Below, piece after piece: positions 39,501 to 48,019 of a stretch of 64,000 nucleotides of DNA. The translations under genes and the position numbers were made by a program. Positions within the stretch are counted from its first letter, which is position 1; the number at the start of each line of letters is the position of its first letter. This stretch comes from a virus. The notes below the pieces were generated by a model that made no database searches, was not told where the DNA came from, and saw only the letters and a program-made list of their open reading frames with translations. Location of the stretch: positions 32,001 to 96,000 of the IMG/VR virus record IMGVR_UViG_3300015171_000001; one strand, given 5' to 3'.

Positions 39501-40808
39501 GAAAATTCGGAAGTGTGGGATTTGGAAGTGGATAATGAATTACATAATTTCATAGCAAATGGAATTGTTGTACATAATTGTTTATTAGAAGATGCTATGT
39601 TAATTCATAGAATCATGAGAGCACCTGAAAAAAGAATTTTCAAAATAGATATTGGCAATATTCCGGCTTCAGAAATTGATGGATTTATGGAAAAAATTGT
39701 TAATCAAATGAAAAAGGTTCCATATATGGACCCAAATACAGGTGATTATAATTTAAAATTCAATATTAATAACATGATCGAGGATTTCTTTTTGCCAGTT
39801 CGTGGTGGGGATAGTGGAACGTCTATTGACACACTTCCTGGTATGGAATTTACTGGAATTGAAGATGTAGAATATGTGAAAAATAAAATGATGGCTGCTC
39901 TTAAAATTCCAAAAACATTTTTGGGTTATGGAGAAGCTGTGGGTGGGAAGTCAACACTTGCTCAAGAAGATATTCGCTTTGCTAGAACAATTACCAGAAT
40001 TCAAAAAATAATTGTTTCTGAACTAACAAAAATCGCCATATTACATTTATATGTACAAGGATATAGGGACGCATCATTGGTTAATTTTGAATTATCATTA
40101 AGTAATCCGTCTACCATATTTGAGCAAGAAAAAATTGCTATTTGGTCTGATAAGATTTCTTTAGCTAAAGACATGATGGAATCTCAACTTATTTCCAAGA
40201 ATTGGATTTACAAATACATATTTGAACTTTCTGATGATGTTATTGAAGAAATGAAAGAAGATATTGTTAAAGATTCCCAAGAAGTTTTTAGATATAAGAA
40301 AATAGCTGAAGATGGTGAAGATCCTGCAAAAGACTTTACAAAACTTGGAAAAGAAAATAATGATGATGGGGATACTTCGGGAGGTGCCTCTACTGAACCA
40401 CCAAGTGACTTAGGTGGAGGAGAAGGATCAAATCAAGGTGAAGAGCCACCAACTCCAAACGAACCTACCACATCTAATTCTACGCCTCCTCCGCCTCCCT
40501 CCAATCCAGCAGGAGGAACGGGTGCGCCATTACAAGAAGAAAAAGATCCTAGGAATGGATTTCGATTAAGCAAAGACACTACTAGAAAGAATCATTCTGG
40601 TTTGGGAGAAGATCCATTAGGAAAATTACAAAAAGTTAGAGATACTAAACTAAAAAAGGATCAATCTAAGAATAGATATAAGAATAAATCTCCATTAGCC
40701 CTTGAGACATTAACCAACAGAAAAGTACTTAAATATAATACTATCTTAAAAGAAAAGATGAAAAGATTATCATTATTAGATGAAAATAACATTTTATCTA
40801 ACGATTAA
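36588..40808 (+). CDS. gp20: portal protein (gp20-like) with two inteins
   Basis: LEDAMLIHRIMRAPEKRIFKIDIGN, EDFFLPVRGG..IDTLPG, EDIRFARTI; 642 aa after splicing. Confidence 0.95.
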   Translation: MAEKSIFAALKKIFSNDVIVRNVGGKKLKIVDPSNVQYAPDANSLKDRFNRLRSSNYGIYSRDMIMSYQSARIELFRDYDCVSGDTIIPLPDGTKPTIKELAEKYKYLPQEKFYVYSYDHETDSIKLGNAFHPRSKGIKPTFKVILDNDEHIIGTEDHLFLCKNGEYKKLKELTTGESLMPFYQKDFYDKGYRHLYNFSKGWQPEHNVVAEQFYNRPVSENEVVHHKNFKPFCNFPENLQIMDKKAHRQFHMDLNNKKIWSPENYEKQCEIIREAVKKRPIYSWNGKRKGENNPFFGKKHSENSNLIRSKKLKEFSKTRNYTSEKNPNFNSNITFDLIKNFCIDFYKNNGEFITRKEIRKELSCDESIITNRLKNNNYDWNKFKKEIIYTLNHKVKSIEYYGEIEVFDISVEKYNNFATNNLFLHNCMDLDPILAAALDIFSDESLTENEFGKILSIKSDDENIKDILHNLFYDILNIEFNLWSWVRNMVKMGDFFLKLDISSEYGVFMVHPLSSYEVSRIETIDDNGNIVYKFRHDGSRGQGELENYEVAHFRLLSDTNFLPYGRSMLEGARRTWKQLCLHSNSNIWTSNGYKKIKDIEIGDIVYSYDYKTCKTIPTKVKNCLKTGNKKTYKLKTRTRELILTGEHPVLVKDVENNYSYKKAKELTKKDYIIIPTIEDNFEENKKILINNTNYCVKLNDLGINYVKNTINSVGIIKRIKDLNVNHNFKQIHAFLQGDKTLPIIIFNKIKEEFKINYSHINYHIVGSKRNSILNKDFNFVLTKEFVRFFGFMLGDGWTKNNNVSFARGIYDNKNDFYTNILKNYCESVTVKIGTKTRPNYPGSVNGYSKELSHIFNELGFKTGFQNKEIPNWVWNLSKEHKKEFIKGLFDADGSWKWGIIGLSNEKLITQYKILCQQTGIMCNEVKLCGNRSEPKTDKFGVTRQPTYKLYVNFNNEFNLDFQKVCSVDEFEENSEVWDLEVDNELHNFIANGIVVHNCLLEDAMLIHRIMRAPEKRIFKIDIGNIPASEIDGFMEKIVNQMKKVPYMDPNTGDYNLKFNINNMIEDFFLPVRGGDSGTSIDTLPGMEFTGIEDVEYVKNKMMAALKIPKTFLGYGEAVGGKSTLAQEDIRFARTITRIQKIIVSELTKIAILHLYVQGYRDASLVNFELSLSNPSTIFEQEKIAIWSDKISLAKDMMESQLISKNWIYKYIFELSDDVIEEMKEDIVKDSQEVFRYKKIAEDGEDPAKDFTKLGKENNDDGDTSGGASTEPPSDLGGGEGSNQGEEPPTPNEPTTSNSTPPPPPSNPAGGTGAPLQEEKDPRNGFRLSKDTTRKNHSGLGEDPLGKLQKVRDTKLKKDQSKNRYKNKSPLALETLTNRKVLKYNTILKEKMKRLSLLDENNILSND
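36828..37865 (+). mobile_element. intein 1 in portal (346 aa, HNH + NUMOD3)
   Basis: CVSGDT..LHN|C; VVHHKNF..N.PENL..H..H; GENNPFFGKKHS. Confidence 0.9.
38325..39578 (+). mobile_element. intein 2 in portal (418 aa, LAGLIDADG)
   Basis: CLHSNS..VHN|C; GFMLGDG and FIKGLFDADG. Confidence 0.92.
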
Positions 40809-40836
40809 CAAATAAGTATATATTTATTTTAATAAT

Positions 40837-41718
40837 ATGCAAAAGATTAAACATTCCAAATTCCGTAACACAGGGATTCTATTTGAACTTCTAGTCAGAC
40901 AAGTTACTGCTGACATTTTAAATGGAAATGAAAATTCGAAAGCAAATTATTTTTTGCAAAAATATTTCAAAGAAAGCTACGAACTTGGGAAAGAACTTAA
41001 TTTATATCAATTAATATTAAAAGAGAACACGAAATCCGAAAACTTAGCAAATTGTTTTGTTGATATTATTTTGAAAGAAAGAAAGAAATTAAATAACGTT
41101 AAACTTTCGGAACAAAAATATAATTTAATAAAAGAAATAAAAGAGAATTATCCAATCGAAGATTTTTTAAATGGTAAGATTTCGAATTATAGACTTTTGG
41201 CGAGTGTATATAAAATATTTGAAGAATGTACATCAAATAAAAATTTTGATCCTAAAGAGTTATATGAATCAAAAATATATATTATTGAGTCTTTATACCG
41301 CAAACCTAGTAAGAAGATTGCATTAGATGAATTTAAAGAGAATTCAGAATTAATGGAAATTTATAAAAATCAAGATGAAGATTCAAAATTTCTCATTTAT
41401 AAATTATTAGTAGATTCATTTAATAAAAAATACAATACTGCATTTGATAATAATCAAAAAGCATTATTGAAGGAATATATTTATAATATTTCAAACACAA
41501 ATTCTCTCAGGGAATATGTTAATAAAGAAGTAAATTCTGTAAAGATAAAACTTCAAGAAAAATGTAATGAAAGTAAAGATAATACTTTAAAAATAAAATT
41601 AACTGAAGTTAATAAACAATTAGACAATTTAAAAGTCGGGTCAATAGTTAAAGATAATCAAATTATTTCATTATTAAATACTTACGAATTGATTAAAGAA
41701 TTAGAATTAAAAAAGTAA
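40837..41718 (+). CDS. head-module helical protein
   Basis: 293 aa ORF between portal and protease. Confidence 0.7.
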   Translation: MQKIKHSKFRNTGILFELLVRQVTADILNGNENSKANYFLQKYFKESYELGKELNLYQLILKENTKSENLANCFVDIILKERKKLNNVKLSEQKYNLIKEIKENYPIEDFLNGKISNYRLLASVYKIFEECTSNKNFDPKELYESKIYIIESLYRKPSKKIALDEFKENSELMEIYKNQDEDSKFLIYKLLVDSFNKKYNTAFDNNQKALLKEYIYNISNTNSLREYVNKEVNSVKIKLQEKCNESKDNTLKIKLTEVNKQLDNLKVGSIVKDNQIISLLNTYELIKELELKK

Positions 41719-42191
41719 TGAAAAAATATTCTTTAAAACATTTACTTGAGTCGGAAAATCTTGCTGAAGAACTGGAAGAAATTTCTGGAGCTTCTGCTGC
41801 GGGTGCATATAATACACCATTTGCATTTTCAAAAAATAAAAAAGGAAATGTTAAGGCGGCTGAATCTGAGGGATATACATTAGCAAAGAATGATAATAGA
41901 AATCAGATTAAATATGAAAGTACTTCAAAATTAATAGAAGGAAGATCTAGATATTTGAATTTCAAAGAGAGCGAAACTTATAAGAAACCTAGTGCAAAAA
42001 TTAGTTTTTGTATTAGAGAGATAAAGAAGATGATTAAAGAAGTAAATTATTTAACAAAAATTGGTACTAAACTAAAAGAAGAAACTAATAGTACTCCAGA
42101 TTTATATTGGAAAAGATCATTACAGGATTTACAAGAATTTGATTCATTGATTGAAGAATTAAAAAGAAATTTAGTTAGTTTCAGAAAATAA
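41718..42191 (+). CDS. head-module hypothetical protein
   Basis: TAATG-coupled; GAYNTPFAF; several L/I-x-E sites. Confidence 0.7.
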   Translation: MKKYSLKHLLESENLAEELEEISGASAAGAYNTPFAFSKNKKGNVKAAESEGYTLAKNDNRNQIKYESTSKLIEGRSRYLNFKESETYKKPSAKISFCIREIKKMIKEVNYLTKIGTKLKEETNSTPDLYWKRSLQDLQEFDSLIEELKRNLVSFRK

Positions 42192-42592
42192 TGAGTGGAA
42201 TTAATTTACATAGTATAGTAAAAGAGATTCTTGATTCTCCCGTGGGTAATTCTGAAAAGAATGTAGATTTGTTAAATGCATATTCTGCTTTTATAAAAAA
42301 AATAAATGAATCCAAATCGGTTATTATTAATAATTTTCAAAACGGACTTAAAAAAACATTCATTAATAAAAGAATAAAAATTAGAGCGAAAAAATCTAAT
42401 CAATATAGTGTTGAACAAGAATATACTATATTAGTAAAAACTATCACTGTTTCTCCTTTTGAGAAAGAATATATTATTATTTTTAAAGATGATAAGAATG
42501 TCCCATATTACCTTTCTAATGATTTTAATCCAAAAATTATAGAAAGTTCTGTAAATTCTGCCCCAAATGTAACTTCTGGAGAAAATATTTAA
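42191..42592 (+). CDS. head-module hypothetical protein
   Basis: TAATG-coupled. Confidence 0.7.
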   Translation: MSGINLHSIVKEILDSPVGNSEKNVDLLNAYSAFIKKINESKSVIINNFQNGLKKTFINKRIKIRAKKSNQYSVEQEYTILVKTITVSPFEKEYIIIFKDDKNVPYYLSNDFNPKIIESSVNSAPNVTSGENI

Positions 42593-42604
42593 TATTTATA
42601 ATTT

Positions 42605-44284
42605 ATGTCTAAATCATTATTAATCGAAGTCAGAGATTCAAAATTTACTTCTAAAAAAGAAGGAGATAAATTCTTTGTAGAGGGTATTCTTACTCATAAA
42701 GATGAAAAAAGAAATCAAAATGGACGAATTTATCCCGAAGAAACTCTTTTCAGAGAAGTTGAAAAATACAAGAATAATGTTATTAAAGAGAATAGAGCTA
42801 TGGGTGAACTAGACCATCCGGATTGTGTCGCAAGTGGTTCATTAATAATGACTTATGAAGGATGGAAGCCTCTAGAAAATATCAAAAATGATGAAATTAT
42901 TGCTACATTAAATATTGAAACTAATAAAATTGAATATCAAAAAATCACAGAAAAAATAGATCAAGAATATAAAGGAACGATGTATCGTGTAAAAGGAAGA
43001 AATATTAATATTTTAGTTACTCCAAATCACAGATTTGTTGTTAGAGATAGAAAAGGAAAATTGGGGTTTGATTGTGCTGAGAATCTTTATAATAGATTGC
43101 AAAATAATGAATATCCCCATTTATCAATTCCATCAAATTCATTTGGGTGGGACAAAGAGTCTCCAGAAAAATTTTTATTAAAAAGAGCCGAGAATGTTAG
43201 AAATGATTTAAGAGACAAATATAGTGAAGATATAGAAATAGATTTTTCTGTATGGATGGGATTTATTGGAATTTATTTAGCAGAAGGATATTTTAAAGGA
43301 TGTAGAAGAAGACAAGAATCTGTTAAAAAATCTGGATATTCTATTACTATTTCTCAAAATGAGGGAATTAAAAAAGATAAAATTAGAGAATTATTAAATA
43401 AATTTCCCGAAGAATTAAAGTGGAAAGAAGTAAAATGTGGATTTACCATCACAGATGCTAGATTACACAATTATGTTTCCAAATTAGGATCTTGTTATGA
43501 CAAATATATTCCACAAGAATTAAAAGAACAATCCATACCTTTATTAGAAGAATTATTAGAATTTTATTTTATTGGAGATGGAAGAGCACCAATTTATAAA
43601 GGACGTTCTTCTAAGGATGTATTTTCAACTTCTAAAAAATTAATAGAAGATTTACACGAAATTCTAACAAAAACCGGATGTTCTGGAAGTATTGCTGTGG
43701 AATATCCAAAAAAAGATTATAAATTTGCTGGGAGAATTATAAAAGCAAAAAATAAATCTCCATTATGGTTGTTGACTTTTAAAACAACTGGAGCAATTCA
43801 TATAGATCCAAGATTTTTAAAAATTGAAAAGGTTGATTATGATGGAAGAGTTTATTGTGTTAAAGTTCCAAATCAAACTTTTTATGCAATGAATGAAGGA
43901 AAATGTTTTTGGAGCGGCAATTCATCTGTAATTAATTTAAAAAATGTATCTCATAATATTGTTAGTTGTTGGTGGGAAGGTGATAGTTTAATTGGAAAAT
44001 TAGAAATTTTAGGAACTCCTTGTGGAAATATTGCAAAGGCTTTATTTGAGGCAGGTATTCCTGTAGGAATTTCTTCCAGAGCACTTGGAAGTGTTAAGAC
44101 TATCGGAGAAAATACTGTGGAGGTACAAGATGATTTAGAGCTTCTAGCATTTGATTTGGTCAGCACTCCATCTGCCAATGGAGCATATTTACAACCTCTC
44201 CACGAAGCAAAAGGAAACATAATAATTTTAGATAACAACGACAGAATAAATGAAATTATCAGAGAAATTTTAACAACAATATAA
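42605..44284 (+). CDS. gp21: prohead protease (gp21-like) with one intein
   Basis: NQNGRIYP, GELDHPD|SSVINLKNVSH, GISSRALGS, FDLVSTPS; 193 aa after splicing. Confidence 0.95.
   Translation: MSKSLLIEVRDSKFTSKKEGDKFFVEGILTHKDEKRNQNGRIYPEETLFREVEKYKNNVIKENRAMGELDHPDCVASGSLIMTYEGWKPLENIKNDEIIATLNIETNKIEYQKITEKIDQEYKGTMYRVKGRNINILVTPNHRFVVRDRKGKLGFDCAENLYNRLQNNEYPHLSIPSNSFGWDKESPEKFLLKRAENVRNDLRDKYSEDIEIDFSVWMGFIGIYLAEGYFKGCRRRQESVKKSGYSITISQNEGIKKDKIRELLNKFPEELKWKEVKCGFTITDARLHNYVSKLGSCYDKYIPQELKEQSIPLLEELLEFYFIGDGRAPIYKGRSSKDVFSTSKKLIEDLHEILTKTGCSGSIAVEYPKKDYKFAGRIIKAKNKSPLWLLTFKTTGAIHIDPRFLKIEKVDYDGRVYCVKVPNQTFYAMNEGKCFWSGNSSVINLKNVSHNIVSCWWEGDSLIGKLEILGTPCGNIAKALFEAGIPVGISSRALGSVKTIGENTVEVQDDLELLAFDLVSTPSANGAYLQPLHEAKGNIIILDNNDRINEIIREILTTI
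42824..43921 (+). mobile_element. intein (366 aa, LAGLIDADG) in prohead protease
   Basis: CVASGS..TPNH..GIYLAEG..IGDG..WSGN|S. Confidence 0.92.
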
Positions 44285-44285
44285 T

Positions 44286-45536
44286 ATGAACGAAAATTTA
44301 AGAAAAATACTTAGCGAAATATCTTCCGGGACAACAGATGGAAGACTTGTAACAGACATTCCAGTTGTTAAAGAATATGCTTCTGTAAAAAGCAAAGATG
44401 GATTAACATTTTTATTGGGAACACAAATCAAAGATGCTTTAAAGAGCAATGAATTAGATTCATTATCAAATAGTTTAATTAATTCATTACAAATCAAGAG
44501 TGAGCAAGATTTAAAGAATTTTGCAGTAGAGACTAATTTCTTACAATCTAATGCTGGGTATAAAGAATTACTTGATAGTATGTCCACAATTTTATCTGGA
44601 AAAACAGAACAACCTGTAAATGAAGTTAAAGTAAAAAGAAATTTTGTTATTAACGAGAATTGGGATTCTGGCGAAGAAAAGAAAAAGGTTATTTCTAAAG
44701 AAGACCGTGGACAAATCTTAGAAACTATTAAGAAATTAAATTTTCATGGTAAGGATTTAAAACATGAATGTGATTATAAGGGATTATCAAAAACTTTAAA
44801 AAACATTTCTGCTGCAAATGAAACATTACTTGGAGAACAAGTTGATGGAGATTGGTTTGATGGACTTACAGTAAAAAGAAATTGTGTAAACTTAAATAAG
44901 CTTGTGGATGAATTTGAAAAAACTGCTAGAGAGTGTGATGTTTATCAACAAAGATTATTAGCTCTTTGGGATGAAGTAGGAACAATTCTTAGTCGTTATT
45001 ATGAAATTGAAGATTATTCCGAAACACCAGGAAATGAATCCATTCAATCTTTAAAAAGACCAGAAACAGTAGAAATTGATGAAGAATCAAATGATATTGA
45101 TGGTAATAGAGAAGATGATTGTAATACAGAAGATATTACTGCCACAAATTTTCGTGAAACTGGTAAGGATGAAGATGGTGATAATATCGAAGAAACTGTT
45201 GAAGATTCTGCCGGAATGGAATATCAAGATGCAGACGAAGATGAGGACAAATCATCTAGTTTATTTGAGACTATATTAAAGAAAATTCACAATAAATCAA
45301 TATTTAATGAGATTGCCGAAAAACAAAAAGCAAAGACAAAACCTACAGAAAAAGTTGCCAATAAACATAAAGAAAAAACTTCATTACATGTTTTAAAAAC
45401 CGCAAAAAATAATACCCATATTGTTTCTGGTATGACAAGACTGTCTGCTAGAAAACATTTAAAGACTATTGGATATAAGGACAAACAGTTAAAAGCAATT
45501 GAAGATAAGTCTAAGGCTAAATCTTCTTCAAAATAA
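44286..45536 (+). CDS. head-module protein with acidic region and basic tail
   Basis: 416 aa directly after the protease; D/E-rich then K-rich. Confidence 0.7.
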   Translation: MNENLRKILSEISSGTTDGRLVTDIPVVKEYASVKSKDGLTFLLGTQIKDALKSNELDSLSNSLINSLQIKSEQDLKNFAVETNFLQSNAGYKELLDSMSTILSGKTEQPVNEVKVKRNFVINENWDSGEEKKKVISKEDRGQILETIKKLNFHGKDLKHECDYKGLSKTLKNISAANETLLGEQVDGDWFDGLTVKRNCVNLNKLVDEFEKTARECDVYQQRLLALWDEVGTILSRYYEIEDYSETPGNESIQSLKRPETVEIDEESNDIDGNREDDCNTEDITATNFRETGKDEDGDNIEETVEDSAGMEYQDADEDEDKSSSLFETILKKIHNKSIFNEIAEKQKAKTKPTEKVANKHKEKTSLHVLKTAKNNTHIVSGMTRLSARKHLKTIGYKDKQLKAIEDKSKAKSSSK

Positions 45537-45548
45537 GAAAAATAATTT

Positions 45549-45932
45549 ATGGAAATTACTAAGTCTCAATTAAAATCATTAATTCTTGAATGTTTAAAAG
45601 AAGATTGGGATTTGGTGGACAAAAAAGAAAAAATAGAGACAAAATCTATAATTCCTTCAGAATTTTCAATACCTTTATCTAAACAAGAAATTGATCAATT
45701 TGGCGAATATTTTAGAAAATCATTAATATGTGCTGCTGGATATAATCCAAGAACAAATATATTTGGAAAAGCTTTAAATATAAAAAAAGATATTACAACT
45801 AAAGATCCAGAGGATGCACAAGAAGAATATGCTAGAAAAATAGAAAAAGCTGTGTCGGAATTATCTTCAAGTGGGTTAATAAAATTAATGTTAACTACAT
45901 GCACTGAAGAAGATTTTGATCATATGTTTTAA
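45549..45932 (+). CDS. hypothetical protein with LKxLIxEC N-terminal motif
   Basis: MEITKSQLKSLILECLKE. Confidence 0.7.
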   Translation: MEITKSQLKSLILECLKEDWDLVDKKEKIETKSIIPSEFSIPLSKQEIDQFGEYFRKSLICAAGYNPRTNIFGKALNIKKDITTKDPEDAQEEYARKIEKAVSELSSSGLIKLMLTTCTEEDFDHMF

Positions 45933-45953
45933 TTAAATTACAAAAACACAACT

Positions 45954-46550
45954 ATGAAACTAACAAAAACACAACTTAAAAATTTAATAGCAGAATGTTT
46001 AAGAGAAACAACTGAAGAAATTCCTACATGGAAAGATGGTAATTATCAAGGAATGAAAGGAACTTCTTCAATAGAAGCAAAAAATAATGTTCCTACAAAT
46101 ATCAAAGAAGATTATGATTCTGTTAGAGTTAATGATGAAGTAGAAATAAAAGGAAAAGATATTGAGGGGAGTACTCGTTTTAATGGAATGGTTGGTATTG
46201 TGACAAGAGTTAATTCTGAATATATCGGAGTTATGTTTGGTAAAGAAATTCATCTTTTTCCTAAAAATAATGTCCAAAAAACTTCTCTTTTAGAAGGCGA
46301 ACCAACATGGAAAGATGGTAATTTTAAAGGAATGAATAGTAAAGAAGATAAAGTAGCTAAAAGTTGTGTTCCAAATAAAATTAAAGAAGGAAGTTTTGTT
46401 CCTACTTTAGAAACTGTTAGAGAAGATTTAATATATTTAAAAAGATCTATTGAAAAACGCGATAACCAAGAATCTCTGCATTTAGTCAATATGATATTAA
46501 AATATTTAGATAACGTGTCGTTTGTAAAAAATAATTTATATTTCTCATAA
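45954..46550 (+). CDS. hypothetical protein with LKxLIxEC motif, two PTWKDG repeats and an SH3/KOW-like module
   Basis: MKLTKTQLKNLIAECLRE; PTWKDGN twice. Confidence 0.7.
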   Translation: MKLTKTQLKNLIAECLRETTEEIPTWKDGNYQGMKGTSSIEAKNNVPTNIKEDYDSVRVNDEVEIKGKDIEGSTRFNGMVGIVTRVNSEYIGVMFGKEIHLFPKNNVQKTSLLEGEPTWKDGNFKGMNSKEDKVAKSCVPNKIKEGSFVPTLETVREDLIYLKRSIEKRDNQESLHLVNMILKYLDNVSFVKNNLYFS

Positions 46551-46780
46551 CATTAGTTAGAAATCAAATCATCTCTCTACATATTTGTTTTCTTTGGCTT
46601 GTTTTTATTATTCTTGTGGCAGTTATTTGACAAATTATTAATTTGTCAACATTTTTTAAATATATTAATGTTTTTGTTATTCATTAATATATTTATAATT
46701 CAATAACATGAAGTATTCATGTTCAAAATAAAATAAAATTTTAGAAATTCTAATAATTTCTTATAAAAAGAATAAACAAT

Positions 46781-47992
46781 ATGAGTAAATCAAATTTATT
46801 AGCAGAAGCAATGGCCGACATCAAAGCATTGAGAGCCGTTGCATATGCTAATGCAAAAAGCGTTCTTGAAGAAGCATTCACACCAAAAGTGACTGAGATG
46901 CTTACAAAGAAATTAAAAGAAGAAGCAGAAATGGAAGAAGATGATAAAGATAAAAATCTCGATGAATCTTCTGACCAAGATGATGCTGATTACAAGAAAA
47001 AATCAAAGGGTCATTCCACAAAGAAAGAATTTTCTGATTCAGTTAAGACTGTTTCGGTTAATGAAACTTCCGATCAAGATGATGCTGATTATAAAAAGAA
47101 ATCAAAAGGACATTCTACTAAAAAAGAATTTTCTGATGGTGTAAAAACTGTAGTTGTTGAAAATGAAGAAGAAATTGCTTCAGATGATACAGAAACTCTT
47201 GATGACAAATCAGAAGTATCAACTGACGAAAATGAAGAAGGTTTACACAAAGATGTCAATGCTGAAATTGACGAAATTTTAAGAGAATTCGAAGGTTCAA
47301 CTGAAGAGGAATCTTCCGAAGAAGCTCCTGATGCTCTTGCTCAAGCCCCATCTGCTGAAAAGACTGATGTTTCTGCTCCTTCCGACGAAGAAGTTGAAAT
47401 TGATGTTACTCCAGAAGAAGGCGAATCCGAACACGTTGCTGAAGTGCCTGCTGAGGGTGATGGTGATAATGATGAGGAAAAACATAGTGAAGTTAATATC
47501 GACGAAATTCTTGCTGAGTTGGAAAATGAAAAAGAATATGCTCATCACAGAGGAATCGATGGTTCCGAAGAGAATTTGGAAGAACTTAATTCACTTAAGA
47601 CCGAAAATAAAAAACTAAAAACTGCTCTTTTAGAAATGAAAAAGCAAGTAAATGAAGTTAATTTACTAAACAGTAGATTGTTATATGTTGGGAAATTATT
47701 TAAGGAAAATTCCTTGAATATTAAACAAAAAGAACAAATCGTTGAAGCATTTGATTCTGCAAATACTTTGAAGGAGATTACATTGACCTTCAAACTTCTT
47801 TCAGAAACTTTCAAAGGTCATGTTCCTAAATCACCAACAATTAAAAGTTCAAAACAAACTATTGTCGAAGGTTTAGCTTCTAAAGTTATTACATCAACAA
47901 AACCAAATTTGATTACAGAATCTAAAGCTAATGCTGAAGATGTCTCACTTTCTCAACGTTTGCAAAAACTTGCGGGAATTAAAATCAAATAA
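46781..47992 (+). CDS. prohead scaffold/core protein (gp22-like)
   Basis: Highly acidic coiled coil immediately upstream of the major capsid gene; ends RLQKLAGIK. Confidence 0.8.
   Translation: MSKSNLLAEAMADIKALRAVAYANAKSVLEEAFTPKVTEMLTKKLKEEAEMEEDDKDKNLDESSDQDDADYKKKSKGHSTKKEFSDSVKTVSVNETSDQDDADYKKKSKGHSTKKEFSDGVKTVVVENEEEIASDDTETLDDKSEVSTDENEEGLHKDVNAEIDEILREFEGSTEEESSEEAPDALAQAPSAEKTDVSAPSDEEVEIDVTPEEGESEHVAEVPAEGDGDNDEEKHSEVNIDEILAELENEKEYAHHRGIDGSEENLEELNSLKTENKKLKTALLEMKKQVNEVNLLNSRLLYVGKLFKENSLNIKQKEQIVEAFDSANTLKEITLTFKLLSETFKGHVPKSPTIKSSKQTIVEGLASKVITSTKPNLITESKANAEDVSLSQRLQKLAGIKIK
46964..47161 (+). repeat. 99 bp (33 aa) tandem duplication in scaffold
   Basis: SDQDDADYKKKSKGHSTKKEFSDxVKTV twice, 99 nt apart. 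Confidence 0.9.
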
Positions 47993-48019
47993 TTAAACAA
48001 CAAAACAAACAACAAAAAT

